Part shown: positions 9,862 to 19,890 of the stretch, one piece after another
How the letters are laid out: each line of letters starts with the position of its first letter
Position numbering within the stretch: the stretch's first letter is position 1
Source of the DNA: a phage
Reading direction: 5' to 3' (one strand)
Sequence record: PZ386947.1
Length of the DNA: 64,000 nt
Made by a program: the position numbers and the translations under genes
Notes under the pieces: generated by a model
Database searches by the model: none
The model's input: only the letters and a program-made list of their open reading frames with translations
What the model was told of the DNA's origin: nothing

Positions 9862-10332
9862 TTAATCATGTTTCCACACCCCATCGGTATTTGACCAAAG
9901 CCGCTGATTATCTGATCCTCTCCACAGCTTTTTGGTCGGAAGATTTTTCTCATACTTCCCATCAATAATAACATCAACATATTTAAGCATTTCTAGTTGT
10001 TTAATATCTTCAAACTTATATCCTGTCCACAACCAAATGCTTTTATTTGGATAAAGATTTTTTACTGTTTGAACAATGCAATGAATAACATCTCGATTAT
10101 CAGGATAGAGAGGGTCTCCTCCAGTTATAGTTAATCCTTCTATATAATCATTATTCAAACATTCAATTAATTGTTCTAGTGTTTCACCAGTAAATGGAAT
10201 ACCATTTCTAGCATTCCATGTTGATTTATTATAACACCCTTCGCATTTATGCAAACAACCTGTAACGAAAAGAACGGCCCTGCATCCAGGGCCGTTCACA
10301 AAATCGCAAGGATAAAATCTATCATAATTCAT
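9862..10332 (-). CDS. nrdG: anaerobic ribonucleotide reductase activating protein (radical SAM)
   Basis: 156 aa; CxxxCxxC-type cluster (GCLHKCEGCYN); directly downstream of nrdD. Confidence 0.9.
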   Translation of the reverse strand: MNYDRFYPCDFVNGPGCRAVLFVTGCLHKCEGCYNKSTWNARNGIPFTGETLEQLIECLNNDYIEGLTITGGDPLYPDNRDVIHCIVQTVKNLYPNKSIWLWTGYKFEDIKQLEMLKYVDVIIDGKYEKNLPTKKLWRGSDNQRLWSNTDGVWKHD

Positions 10333-12146
10333 TGGTGTTTAACCCTATGCATGATTTCTTTATTTTTACCGAGATTAAATCCGCGTTCGTTCGGATTTCC
10401 CAAATAACCACATGTTCTTCTTATTGTGTTCATCTTTTTAGGATCAGTTTCTCCACAAATAGAACAAACAAATCCGTTTTCAGTAGGAGTCATTTCATGG
10501 GTACTTCCACATGTAAAACATTTATCTACTGGCATATTAACACCAAAATAATCTAAATGTTGTGCAGCATAATCCCATACGGCCTCAAGACCCTTTAAGT
10601 TATTTTTCATATCAGGAAGTTCAACATAAGAAATGTGACCACCTGTCGCAATGAAATGATATGGCGCTTCACGAGAAATCTTTTCAAACGGAGTAATATT
10701 TTCTTCTACTGAAACGTGGAAACTGTTAGTGTACCAGCCTTTATCGGTAACATCTTTTACACTTCCATATTTTTCTGTATCAAGTTTACAGAAGCGATAA
10801 CAAAGGTTTTCAGCAGGAGTCGAATATAAACTAAAAGCAAATCCAGTTCTTTCAGTCCACTGTTTAAGATGAGCATTCATTTTAGTTAAAATTTCTTGTC
10901 CAATATCACGACCGACAAGAATATTCAATTCGTGAATACCAATGTATCCTAGGGACACTGAACTTCTACCGTTTTTAAATAACTCAATTATGTCGTCATC
11001 AGGTTTAAGACGAACCCCGAATGCACCTTCTTGGTAAAGAATAGGAGCAACAGTAGCTTTAACTCCTTTTAAGGAACTAATTCTACACATCAATGCTTCA
11101 AAACATAAATCCATTCGTTCATTGAACAATTCAACAAATTTCTGTTCATTGAATTGTGTTCCAATATAAGAATCTAACGCGATGCGAGGAAGATTCAATG
11201 TTACAACACCAAGATTATTACGTCCATCAAGAATTTCATTGCCAGTCGAATCTTTCCATACGCTCAAGAAACTACGGCATCCCATCGGAGAAACAGGAAC
11301 AGATGAACCAGTGATAGCTTTATTGTTCTTAGCCGAAATGATGTCAGGATACATTCTTTTGCTTGCGCACTCTAAAGCAAGCTGCTTAATATCATAGTTC
11401 GGGTCGTCTTTATAAAGATTAACACCTTCTTCAACGAACATAACAAGCTTAGGGAAAATAGGAGTTATCCCATCACGACCAAGACCTTTAATACGATTTT
11501 TCAGAATTGCTTTCTGAATCATTCGTTCAGTCCAGTCAGTTCCCGTACCAAATGTAATTGTTACAAAAGGCGTTTGTCCGTTTGAACTAAAGAGAGTATT
11601 TACTTCATATTCATAAGCTTGGAATGCATCGTATACGTCTTTTTCTGTTTTAGATTGAGCATAATTTAACGCATCAGCGATTTGCCATTTTTCTGCATCC
11701 TCAATATGTTTTGCATAGGTGCGTTTAACATAAGGAGAAAGTACTTTATCTACATTAGCAAAAGTCGTTCCGCCGTATTGATGGGAAGCAACCTGTGCAG
11801 TAATTTGTGCCATAATTGCAGTAGCAACACCGATTGATTTAGGAGTTTCAATCTGTGCATTACCAAGCTTAAATCCATTCTCAAGCATTCCTTTTAAATC
11901 TACTAAACAACAATTAGTAAATGGAAGAGCAGGGGAATAATCAATATCGTGGAAATGAATAATTCCGCTTTCATGCGCTTTCATAATAAAAGACGGGACC
12001 ATATTTTTGGCAATGTGTTTAGACACAATACCAGCCATAAGGTCCCGTTGAGTTGGAAAAACACGAGAATCTTTATTAGCATTCTCGTTTAAAAGGTCTT
12101 TATTAGTTTTATGAATCAATCCTTCAATTTCTTTTTCAATTGTCAT
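10329..12146 (-). CDS. nrdD: anaerobic ribonucleoside-triphosphate reductase, uninterrupted
   Basis: 605 aa; C-terminal glycyl radical motif RRTCGYLG and zinc ribbon CFTCG...CSICG; continuous ORF. Confidence 0.93.
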   Translation of the reverse strand: MTIEKEIEGLIHKTNKDLLNENANKDSRVFPTQRDLMAGIVSKHIAKNMVPSFIMKAHESGIIHFHDIDYSPALPFTNCCLVDLKGMLENGFKLGNAQIETPKSIGVATAIMAQITAQVASHQYGGTTFANVDKVLSPYVKRTYAKHIEDAEKWQIADALNYAQSKTEKDVYDAFQAYEYEVNTLFSSNGQTPFVTITFGTGTDWTERMIQKAILKNRIKGLGRDGITPIFPKLVMFVEEGVNLYKDDPNYDIKQLALECASKRMYPDIISAKNNKAITGSSVPVSPMGCRSFLSVWKDSTGNEILDGRNNLGVVTLNLPRIALDSYIGTQFNEQKFVELFNERMDLCFEALMCRISSLKGVKATVAPILYQEGAFGVRLKPDDDIIELFKNGRSSVSLGYIGIHELNILVGRDIGQEILTKMNAHLKQWTERTGFAFSLYSTPAENLCYRFCKLDTEKYGSVKDVTDKGWYTNSFHVSVEENITPFEKISREAPYHFIATGGHISYVELPDMKNNLKGLEAVWDYAAQHLDYFGVNMPVDKCFTCGSTHEMTPTENGFVCSICGETDPKKMNTIRRTCGYLGNPNERGFNLGKNKEIMHRVKHQ

Positions 12147-12616
12147 TTTAAACTCTTTCTAAGCTGCTTCTTAAATGAAGCTATTAATTGTGTTTTGGTG
12201 TCAGATTCATTATATTCAAATCCTCTTTGAAGCATCTCGGCCATCATTTCCTCTTTTCCTAAACGAGAAAATTCCTTTGTTTTATCTCCAACAAAGTTAG
12301 GGTGAATATTATTTTGGGTGTAATCGGATTTTAAATAAGTAAGTAAATTTTCTAACCATTCAAGATAATCAACACCTTGTCCCTTTAAGCCAGAACGATT
12401 AAATTTGTGCTTCATTTGACCTTCTGCGGCATTACAGAGATTACAAAGCAATCCACGTACCTTTCCTGCTTTTGGTCCATTTAATTCATGGTCATGATCA
12501 AGATGATTAGCTTGAACATCAGGATTTAGTTCTCGTTGGCAAATTAAGCATTTACCGTTTTGTGCATCATAAAATTTCTGTTTTTCTTCTTTATATAATT
12601 TGCCAGTCAATAACAT
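12143..12616 (-). CDS. 49: endonuclease VII (Holliday junction resolvase)
   Basis: 157 aa; zinc motif CLICQ...HLDHDH...CNLCN; length matches T4 gp49. Confidence 0.9.
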   Translation of the reverse strand: MLLTGKLYKEEKQKFYDAQNGKCLICQRELNPDVQANHLDHDHELNGPKAGKVRGLLCNLCNAAEGQMKHKFNRSGLKGQGVDYLEWLENLLTYLKSDYTQNNIHPNFVGDKTKEFSRLGKEEMMAEMLQRGFEYNESDTKTQLIASFKKQLRKSLK

Positions 12617-12657
12617 AATAAACCCTTACCTTAAATAGATAAGGGTATTTATTATTT

Positions 12658-13143
12658 TCAAGTATTGTAAAACATTTGATGCAATCGCTTATATTGCCGA
12701 ATCTTTTGGTCAGAAAAAGAAATTTGGGTTTCAAGCCATTCAATATATTCTGCCGCAGCTTGCATCAAATTTCCTTCATAGCCATCGTTATTTTCTTGTG
12801 CAGCTAATTTAGCTAATGCGTATGAAATACGTTCACCCTGAAAATCGGCTTTAGGCTTCTGAACAACTTGATTAGTTCGCTCTACAACTTCTTCAATTTC
12901 GCCATTTTCGACTGATTCAGTATTCCACAAACACCAATACGTAATTGGCTTATCGTAGATGTTAATAATCTTTCCATCAGAAAGTTCAATTTCAATAATT
13001 CCAGTATCAGGTTCTATATCATCTTCACATTCTTTTGCAAGTTCACGAACCTTAAAGACAGTACCTGCACTAAGTTCCGGCCAGTAATTACACAGCCCTG
13101 TATCAGCACGATTAATTCTAAACCACTTATCTACTGTAATCAT
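12658..13143 (-). CDS. hypothetical protein, possibly Pin (protease inhibitor)
   Basis: 161 aa from internal ATG (T4 Pin is 161 aa) and position after gene 49; sequence identity not confirmed. Confidence 0.4.
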   Translation of the reverse strand: MITVDKWFRINRADTGLCNYWPELSAGTVFKVRELAKECEDDIEPDTGIIEIELSDGKIINIYDKPITYWCLWNTESVENGEIEEVVERTNQVVQKPKADFQGERISYALAKLAAQENNDGYEGNLMQAAAEYIEWLETQISFSDQKIRQYKRLHQMFYNT

Positions 13144-13266
13144 GTCCCATCTCCATATCAATTAAGTCATTTATCGTTGGTTCATTATATACTGTTTCTT
13201 CATCAGTGTAAACCGGTTCTTCCGGCTCTGGCTCTACAGTTTCCCATCTAGCCGCCCACCAAGGTT

Positions 13267-13587
13267 TTATAGCGTAATCCATTCTCGTACTGTCTGAGTT
13301 ACTACACGTTCATGGGGCTCGACTAGTTCAACAGTCGGAACTGCATAATACCAGTCAGAATGATAAGAACCTGACCGAGATTCATTTACCGCTACATGTA
13401 CATTATGTTTTGGACTAAAGTAAACAAACTGACGATATTGGCATTTACCATCTTGCACCCAGTCTTCTATTTCGATAGGTTTAAGATAGTCGGAAAAATC
13501 GAAATCATAGTTTTCCGAAAATGCATCATGGTCTTCAATGATTTCGCTCAGAACTGCATCAACATCTAATTTATTTTCAATAGTCAT
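13267..13587 (-). CDS. hypothetical protein (106 aa)
   Basis: ORF track. Confidence 0.5.
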   Translation of the reverse strand: MTIENKLDVDAVLSEIIEDHDAFSENYDFDFSDYLKPIEIEDWVQDGKCQYRQFVYFSPKHNVHVAVNESRSGSYHSDWYYAVPTVELVEPHERVVTQTVREWITL

Positions 13588-13597
13588 TTTTCACCAA

Positions 13598-13807
13598 TTA
13601 ATTTCGCAATTTATTAAGTTCTTCATAATCAATCCAGGATTCTAATCCTGATGGCAAATCACATTCAATTTCCCAAAGAAGTTCTTCAATTTTATGAAGA
13701 CGATCTAGTTCTTCAGCAGGAATAGTAACCATTGACGGAGCTCTTGCTACATTAATATCGTAAATCATATTTACACCAGTTTGACCATACAATCGCCGTA
13801 TTTCCAC
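13598..13807 (-). CDS. hypothetical protein (69 aa)
   Basis: ORF track. Confidence 0.45.
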   Translation of the reverse strand: MEIRRLYGQTGVNMIYDINVARAPSMVTIPAEELDRLHKIEELLWEIECDLPSGLESWIDYEELNKLRN

Positions 13808-13986
13808 TTAGAAATAGACTTTTCACCATTAGAATAATAAACTTCAAGTTTAGCACGATTATTTTTAATTTGAATAACCTTTGCTGTCATCAAAGTTCCA
13901 TACCCATAATAAACTGCAACTTCATCACCTACATATACAGCGCTTCCGCGGTAATCGTGAATATAGTCAGTTCCTTCGAGCATCAT
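13771..13986 (-). CDS. hypothetical protein (71 aa)
   Basis: ORF track. Confidence 0.45.
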   Translation of the reverse strand: MMLEGTDYIHDYRGSAVYVGDEVAVYYGYGTLMTAKVIQIKNNRAKLEVYYSNGEKSISKWKYGDCMVKLV

Positions 13987-14246
13987 TTAAAATATTCTCG
14001 CAGTTGGTCAAATCCACCAATATGACTTCCATCAGGAGCAAATACCTGAGGCATTGTCAAGCCGATTTGAGTATCACGACCTAGTTTAGTCAGAAGCTCA
14101 GCGATTTTCTCATCATCAAAAACACCTTTTTCCGGCATAATGTTGATAAATTCAAACGGCTGTTTCTTCACGGTCAAAAGACGTTTTGCATTATCGCAAT
14201 ACACACATTTATGAATGTTGCTATCATAACCATATACTTTAAACAT
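13983..14246 (-). CDS. nrdC: thioredoxin/glutaredoxin
   Basis: 87 aa; CVYC active site, MFKVYGYDSNIHKCVYCDNAKRLL...; length matches T4 NrdC. Confidence 0.88.
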   Translation of the reverse strand: MFKVYGYDSNIHKCVYCDNAKRLLTVKKQPFEFINIMPEKGVFDDEKIAELLTKLGRDTQIGLTMPQVFAPDGSHIGGFDQLREYFK

Positions 14247-14247
14247 A

Positions 14248-14490
14248 TTATTCCTTAATTCCTAGTACTTGTTTAAAAGTCTCGTCGTAATCAAGACTTT
14301 GGCCCGTTTGTTCTTTATGTTTGTATATAATATCACTTACTTCTGATAGCATATTTTTATATGAACGAGTTAAAGCAGATTTAAGCACGCTGTATCTATC
14401 AGGAAATTTACCATGTTCATTATAATAAGCTATTGCTAATTCATGGACTGCCTTTTCAGCAGCCTCCATATATTCTTTACGCTTGGTCAT
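14248..14490 (-). CDS. hypothetical protein (80 aa)
   Basis: ORF track. Confidence 0.5.
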   Translation of the reverse strand: MTKRKEYMEAAEKAVHELAIAYYNEHGKFPDRYSVLKSALTRSYKNMLSEVSDIIYKHKEQTGQSLDYDETFKQVLGIKE

Positions 14491-14492
14491 TT

Positions 14493-14882
14493 TTAATCCA
14501 AAATATTATTAGGCATTGGTTGAACACTCACAAGTTCTTTAAAGAACTCAGTAGAGTCAGGCAATTTAACCATTTCCGGAGCATGCTTACTGAATTTATG
14601 TTTACATTGACGGCATTTATATTCAAGCTCTGGTTTACGCCAGTTAATCAATTGAACTTGTTCAGTACCGCATTCAGGGCAATTAGGAACGTTTTTAGAA
14701 GCTCTTTCACGTCGTTCAACCATAGCCATAATAGCATCCCATGCTGGAGGTTTAAAATCTAAATCGTCGCAGCCGTGAATCTTTCCACGCATTTCCATAT
14801 CATCTTCCTCACCAGCCATAATAATTTTAATTAGACTAGAATTACTTGAAGCTGCAATATCTTCTAATAAACGCTTTTTCAT
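14493..14882 (-). CDS. zinc-ribbon protein
   Basis: 129 aa; CPECG...CRQCK four-cysteine motif. Confidence 0.5.
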   Translation of the reverse strand: MKKRLLEDIAASSNSSLIKIIMAGEEDDMEMRGKIHGCDDLDFKPPAWDAIMAMVERRERASKNVPNCPECGTEQVQLINWRKPELEYKCRQCKHKFSKHAPEMVKLPDSTEFFKELVSVQPMPNNILD

Positions 14883-15805
14883 TTCAGTACCTCAATAGCA
14901 TCACGTAAACCATTTGCTTTGGCGGTTAAAGCCTTAAGAACTTTAGTATGCTCTTCAATTTGTTTTTCAACTTCAATCAAACGAGCATTGAGATATTCGC
15001 GTTCTTCTTTCATAGTATCATTTCCATGATTAGATTTTGGTGTAGGTTTAAATTCACTAGGGTCCTTTAATTTAATAACAAATTTAGTTTCAAACAGTGA
15101 AAGACCATAATTCGTATTATCATCAAAGGATTTGACTACATCCATATCAGATAATAACACGCGCAAATTATAAGCCAAAGAACTAATAGTTTCATTGTGT
15201 TTATTAGCTTCGCGTGGTTTCATATACGGAAGATTTTTATATATCTCATGCGGAGCGCAAACGATAATTGACAATTCAAATTGTCCATTCTGGGACGATG
15301 GAATGAATTTAGCCGTAACCCAGTCTTTTACATTCACATTAATAGTACGGTTATCACCATGACAAAACAGTCTACGAGAATGCTTAAAAAGCATATTCAC
15401 GTTATTATTGAATTCGTGTGAAAATTCACTAGCAAATTTTTCTTTACTATCTTTAGAAAACCATTCTTCTAAATAAGTTCTTTTCACATCGTTAATAATA
15501 TTAAATGTAACAACACTAGCATTTGATACATTAGTCTCAATGTAGCTTGGATACATAAATTTTTTAACATTATTAACAGCTATCACAGAAGATAGTAATC
15601 GGGAACGTTTGAACCACTCGAGCAAAGAACCAAGAGAATGTGAATACGCATTTTGTGTATCTTTACAAATATGGTTTTCCCATCCAATATAGTCTAAAAA
15701 ATCACGAAGAATATTATTGATTACTGCTCTGTGTCCTATCTGATAATCACGATGTTTAGTAATAAGACTGTCAAAATAATCAATATAATGTTTACGAGTT
15801 TTCAT
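14879..15805 (-). CDS. hypothetical protein with C-terminal coiled coil
   Basis: 308 aa; heptad-like C-terminus [33 protein letters not shown]. Confidence 0.55.
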   Translation of the reverse strand: MKTRKHYIDYFDSLITKHRDYQIGHRAVINNILRDFLDYIGWENHICKDTQNAYSHSLGSLLEWFKRSRLLSSVIAVNNVKKFMYPSYIETNVSNASVVTFNIINDVKRTYLEEWFSKDSKEKFASEFSHEFNNNVNMLFKHSRRLFCHGDNRTINVNVKDWVTAKFIPSSQNGQFELSIIVCAPHEIYKNLPYMKPREANKHNETISSLAYNLRVLLSDMDVVKSFDDNTNYGLSLFETKFVIKLKDPSEFKPTPKSNHGNDTMKEEREYLNARLIEVEKQIEEHTKVLKALTAKANGLRDAIEVLK

Positions 15806-15859
15806 GTTCTTCTCACTTGGTTAATGATTTATACTCCGAGCCATCCTTGGCTTTAAATT

Positions 15860-16858
15860 TTACTTAATTAACTGTAAAGCTTGTTCAAGACGATCCAAGC
15901 GATTGACAGATTCTTCCCAAATCCTTTTAGCCTGCTCATATTCTTTCTGCGCTTTATTAGAAATTTCTAGAACTTCTTTATAAGCTTTTTCTAATGCAAT
16001 AACTTCTGGACGAATTTCTACCGGTTCAGGTGAATCATCAAGACATTCCATTAGTTCCTCAAGGGTAGTTTCTTCTTTAGGAGTATTCACAATTTCATCA
16101 CATTTTTGTTGGTAAATTTCTTTACTAGTAGGTGAATAAGTACATTTCACTTCACGAAGACTAACTACAATTTTATATCCTTCCCAACCGCATATATTCT
16201 TAAAAGGATATGTATGAATATTTTCTACTGTTTCCATACAGCCCAAAACCGCCTTTAATTGATAAGTTATAGTGCTAGCAATTGAGAAAAATTTATTAAT
16301 ATTCTTTTGGTTAGCGTTTGGTGTAAAAAATCCATAATTCACAAAAATAGCTACTTTATTTTCATCAAGCTCATATTCTTTTACGATAATCATATCAGAA
16401 GCCAAAGGATGAATTTGACGATAATCGCCATAACATAATTTAGAAGCTGATTTTAGAATTTGTCCTTTGAAAAGTCTGAAATTACTAATCCAACGACGAG
16501 TAAAAATATTCTCAGGGGCTTCTTTATTAAGATGATAAGAATTAACATCACCGAACCAATTATATCCTACTACATCTTTAGTTCGTTTAATTTCTTTCCC
16601 AAATTTACTAAGAATATCTCTGTTGACTAAGTATGAAAGAAGACGAGACCCTTTAAAGGTTTTCTTAATGTCATCTTTATCTACACGGCTAGAAATTTCA
16701 CGAACTTCATGAATAAATTTGCCGGAAGAAACAATACTTGCATCAGTATTATTGAGCCATTGATTGATAATAGAAATCACACTATTCTTACTAGACATAG
16801 GTTTAACTTTATCATCAATAACGCTATTGAATGATTTGATATATTCGTTACGAGTCAT
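15860..16858 (-). CDS. hypothetical protein with C-terminal coiled coil
   Basis: ORF track 15860-16909 trimmed to ATG after GAGGAG (MTRNEYIKSF...); C-terminus LEISNKAQKEYEQAKRIWEESVNRLDRLEQALQLIK. Confidence 0.55.
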   Translation of the reverse strand: MTRNEYIKSFNSVIDDKVKPMSSKNSVISIINQWLNNTDASIVSSGKFIHEVREISSRVDKDDIKKTFKGSRLLSYLVNRDILSKFGKEIKRTKDVVGYNWFGDVNSYHLNKEAPENIFTRRWISNFRLFKGQILKSASKLCYGDYRQIHPLASDMIIVKEYELDENKVAIFVNYGFFTPNANQKNINKFFSIASTITYQLKAVLGCMETVENIHTYPFKNICGWEGYKIVVSLREVKCTYSPTSKEIYQQKCDEIVNTPKEETTLEELMECLDDSPEPVEIRPEVIALEKAYKEVLEISNKAQKEYEQAKRIWEESVNRLDRLEQALQLIK

Positions 16859-16884
16859 AATAATCTCCTCAGTAGAAAGTAAGA

Positions 16885-16917
16885 ACATTATACCACATCC
16901 TTGTGGCAAAGTAAACT
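16885..16917 (-). promoter_or_regulatory. T4-type early promoter (GTTTAC, 18 nt spacer, TATAAT)
   Basis: minus strand GTTTACtttgccacaaggatgtggTATAATgttc, then GAGGAG and ATG. Confidence 0.6.
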
Positions 16918-17935
16918 AGTTCAGTGCATTTAGTGCATTGTTCAGTTTAGAACGTTGCTTCGTGAGATTTTTGACTTTTTCTTGAGCTTTTTCTAGCATC
17001 TTTTCAGCTTCTAGCACTTCATTGGTCGCTTTAACGAGTTCATCATCTACTGCCTTGATAGACTTCTCAATCGCATCCGCGTGCCATTTTTCAACAGGTT
17101 TAAGACTCGGATTTTCAATAGGAAGAAAATTCACTTTATTGAATTTCCATGCATCTTTATTACCTGAACTATACATCCAAAATTTAGGATCGTTTGATGA
17201 GTAATTAGATGAATTTAAGTTATCTTGCACTTCTTGCTTTTTCTCTTGCGGGACTTCGTCCTTTCTCAAAAAATCGTATTTAAATGAAACGATCATATCA
17301 AGTTCATATGTTGTTGTATGTTCCCAATTTCGCTCAAAACGAGGTAAAATCTTAGAATGAACAGCGGCAACAACATCCATATACTTAAATGCTTCTGTCA
17401 ACTGCGATTTAAGGCATTCGCAAATTGAAAGAGAATTTTTTGTATTAGGTTTAAAGCTAATTCGTGCAGTTCTATTATTTTCTTTTAATGGTCTTACTTC
17501 CATCTGAAGAGTATAACCATCAAATTTCAGGTTCTTTAAGTTAATATCAGAACCTTTTAATCGACTAGCCGTCGACAAAATTTGCTTTAATTGTTTACGG
17601 AATAGAGCAATAAATCTCCATTCAATACGATAATGATTTGGATTGAAAAATCCAGATGATAAATCGACCTTACTCTGACCAACACCTTGAACAAACAGAG
17701 GATTTTTATAATCAATAGTTTTACAGAAATCGGTGAGCTGCTCACGAGCAGTCATTTGTGTAATATATCCCGCTTTACTAAAATGACGTAACCATTCACT
17801 GCTATTCATATACTTAAAGTGAATGGAACTATTAACTCTATCAGGGTCTAAATTATTTTGGCACAAAAATGTCATAACATCACGAGTATAGCTGGCATTA
17901 CGAACCATATCTTCAATTTGAGAACGAGTTTTCAT
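16916..17935 (-). CDS. hypothetical protein with C-terminal coiled coil
   Basis: 339 aa; C-terminus LVKATNEVLEAEKMLEKAQEKVKNLTKQRSKLNNALNALN. Confidence 0.55.
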   Translation of the reverse strand: MKTRSQIEDMVRNASYTRDVMTFLCQNNLDPDRVNSSIHFKYMNSSEWLRHFSKAGYITQMTAREQLTDFCKTIDYKNPLFVQGVGQSKVDLSSGFFNPNHYRIEWRFIALFRKQLKQILSTASRLKGSDINLKNLKFDGYTLQMEVRPLKENNRTARISFKPNTKNSLSICECLKSQLTEAFKYMDVVAAVHSKILPRFERNWEHTTTYELDMIVSFKYDFLRKDEVPQEKKQEVQDNLNSSNYSSNDPKFWMYSSGNKDAWKFNKVNFLPIENPSLKPVEKWHADAIEKSIKAVDDELVKATNEVLEAEKMLEKAQEKVKNLTKQRSKLNNALNALN

Positions 17936-17943
17936 AGTGTTCC

Positions 17944-18846
17944 TTAAGATTTAAGTAAATCAACAATTTTAATTAATTTTTCACGCTCAGATTTAGCTTT
18001 ACTACTCAATCCAGATAGTCTGAAAATTTCATCGTCATATTGTTGAATAGAAATATTCAGCTCTTCAATTTGCTTATTAAAATAATCAATTTGTTCAGAA
18101 TGTTTTTCGTTACTACGAACTGGTACAGGTTTTGTAGGCAATTTAGTTGAACTGGATTCATCCGGGCGATAAATTAAAATACAACTTGAACCAATAGGGC
18201 ATTTAGCACCAGATGAATATTCTAACGTTCCAGCTTCTTTTAAAACTTCAAAAGCTAAACAGAGATGATGCCCCATATTAACATAATCTGTAGAGCGAGC
18301 TCTGATATAATAATCATCGCCGCGAATACTAAATTTAAAGCATTTAAGGTCTTCTGTATTATTGGTCTTAAAAATCATTTGTTTATCTAGACCTTTAGCT
18401 AATCGAGCGCCTAATGCTAATAATCGTCGTTGATTTTCCCACAAATCCGCAATCATTTGATCGAATGATAATTTCGGCATTAGTCGACCATAAAGGTCAT
18501 ATCCTTTATTATAATTGCGAAGGATTTCACTCGCATTAATACGAGACAACGCTCCAATTTTATTAAGGGCTTTCATAATGCGATTAGATAAACCCATTCC
18601 AGACCCGTTTGTTCGTTGTAAATGTTTATCTAATCCAAACCCAATATCAACTTTAAATTTATCTAAAATTTCAGCATGAACATCTCTGTCAATAACATTC
18701 AAATCCAAAGTTGGGTTAAATCTATGAAAAAATTTATCTGGCTCTCCACGACGAAGTACAGTCCATTCATTTAATTTTTTATTAACTAAAGATTTAATTA
18801 CTGCATTGACATTATTAATTACTACTGACATATTTTTCTCACTCAA
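17944..18846 (-). CDS. hypothetical protein with C-terminal coiled coil
   Basis: 300 aa; C-terminus IDYFNKQIEELNISIQQYDDEIFRLSGLSSKAKSEREKLIKIVDLLKS. Confidence 0.55.
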   Translation of the reverse strand: MSEKNMSVVINNVNAVIKSLVNKKLNEWTVLRRGEPDKFFHRFNPTLDLNVIDRDVHAEILDKFKVDIGFGLDKHLQRTNGSGMGLSNRIMKALNKIGALSRINASEILRNYNKGYDLYGRLMPKLSFDQMIADLWENQRRLLALGARLAKGLDKQMIFKTNNTEDLKCFKFSIRGDDYYIRARSTDYVNMGHHLCLAFEVLKEAGTLEYSSGAKCPIGSSCILIYRPDESSSTKLPTKPVPVRSNEKHSEQIDYFNKQIEELNISIQQYDDEIFRLSGLSSKAKSEREKLIKIVDLLKS

Positions 18847-19247
18847 TTTTCAATTTTACTAAATACACAGAATATGATGGAAAAGACTATATAAGCACAA
18901 CACACAGATTGAACTAATACCATTCCAAAGAACCAAACAATATTATCAAACAATGTCTGTTTTACGTCGAAAGGACGTAAACTTACAGTAATATTATCGC
19001 CTTTTTCTATTGATGAATACATCTCTGGTGAAATATATTCGCTAAATCTATAACCGTCATTGAGTTCATATACGGCAATAAACGATAAACTAGACCCCTT
19101 TCCTTGAGTTCCTGTAAGGGTATTAACTACAGTAACATCATAATCTTTATAATGCATATAATCATTAATTGCGTAATAACCATATGCAACTACTACACAT
19201 AAACAACATATCAATAAATTCAATCTTTTAATTATCAACTGTTTCAT
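18843..19247 (-). CDS. membrane protein (two hydrophobic segments)
   Basis: 134 aa; N- and C-terminal hydrophobic stretches. Confidence 0.5.
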   Translation of the reverse strand: MKQLIIKRLNLLICCLCVVVAYGYYAINDYMHYKDYDVTVVNTLTGTQGKGSSLSFIAVYELNDGYRFSEYISPEMYSSIEKGDNITVSLRPFDVKQTLFDNIVWFFGMVLVQSVCCAYIVFSIIFCVFSKIEN

Positions 19248-19302
19248 AATAATCTCAATTAAAAGGGCTTAGAACCATTATACCATCCTTGGTATAAAGC
19301 GG

Positions 19303-19830
19303 TTATGCGAGTACCGTCTTTAACCGTTCTTCAAACTTCCGAAGAGTATTCTGGCGTTCAGCTCTTTGCTTTTTGTAAGTTTCAATACGCTCTGAAATGA
19401 GAGTGTATCGTTCATTTACTGATTCTTTCATAAAATCAGGAATTTCACGAGAAGCTTTAATCTCATCAAATTTATCAATAACAGCTTGCTCTTCAGCAAT
19501 TAAGTTATCATACATCAAAATATCTTTCTTGATGAACTCAATATCTTCTTGAGTTACACGAGATAACTTAGATGCTTTATCCTTTTTGTACTGTTCGTTA
19601 GTATCACGAGACCAGTGTAATGTACGATTTTTATTCGTATTCTTGTAAATTTCTACAATACCAATCTCATCAATAATAACGATCCAATTCCAACGAGATT
19701 TGTAAATTTGTCCTCCGTCAACCGTGATTTCACCTCCGATTGAGATGTCATTAAAGAACTTGCTTTGTGCTTCTGATTTAAATTTACCATCGTTGTAATT
19801 TACCAGGTTGAAAATATCTTTAGCGTTCAT
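19303..19830 (-). CDS. hypothetical protein with C-terminal coiled coil
   Basis: ORF track 19303-19890 trimmed to MNAKDIF...; the upstream 20 codons are a translated promoter. Confidence 0.5.
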   Translation of the reverse strand: MNAKDIFNLVNYNDGKFKSEAQSKFFNDISIGGEITVDGGQIYKSRWNWIVIIDEIGIVEIYKNTNKNRTLHWSRDTNEQYKKDKASKLSRVTQEDIEFIKKDILMYDNLIAEEQAVIDKFDEIKASREIPDFMKESVNERYTLISERIETYKKQRAERQNTLRKFEERLKTVLA

Positions 19831-19856
19831 TTTGTGTTCCTCCGTAGTTGATAGTT

Positions 19857-19890
19857 GTATAGTACCACAGAGGAACGGTCTTGTAAACAA
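19857..19890 (-). promoter_or_regulatory. T4-type early promoter (GTTTAC, 18 nt spacer, TGgTACTAT)
   Basis: minus strand GTTTACaagaccgttcctctgtggTACTATacaactatcaac. Confidence 0.6.

Noticed and set aside
9756-9980. Minus-strand ORF of 74 aa overlapping the nrdG 3' end
   Set aside because: Most of it overlaps nrdG out of frame; at best a 37 aa remnant starting at MIKLNY could be real, not enough evidence to list.
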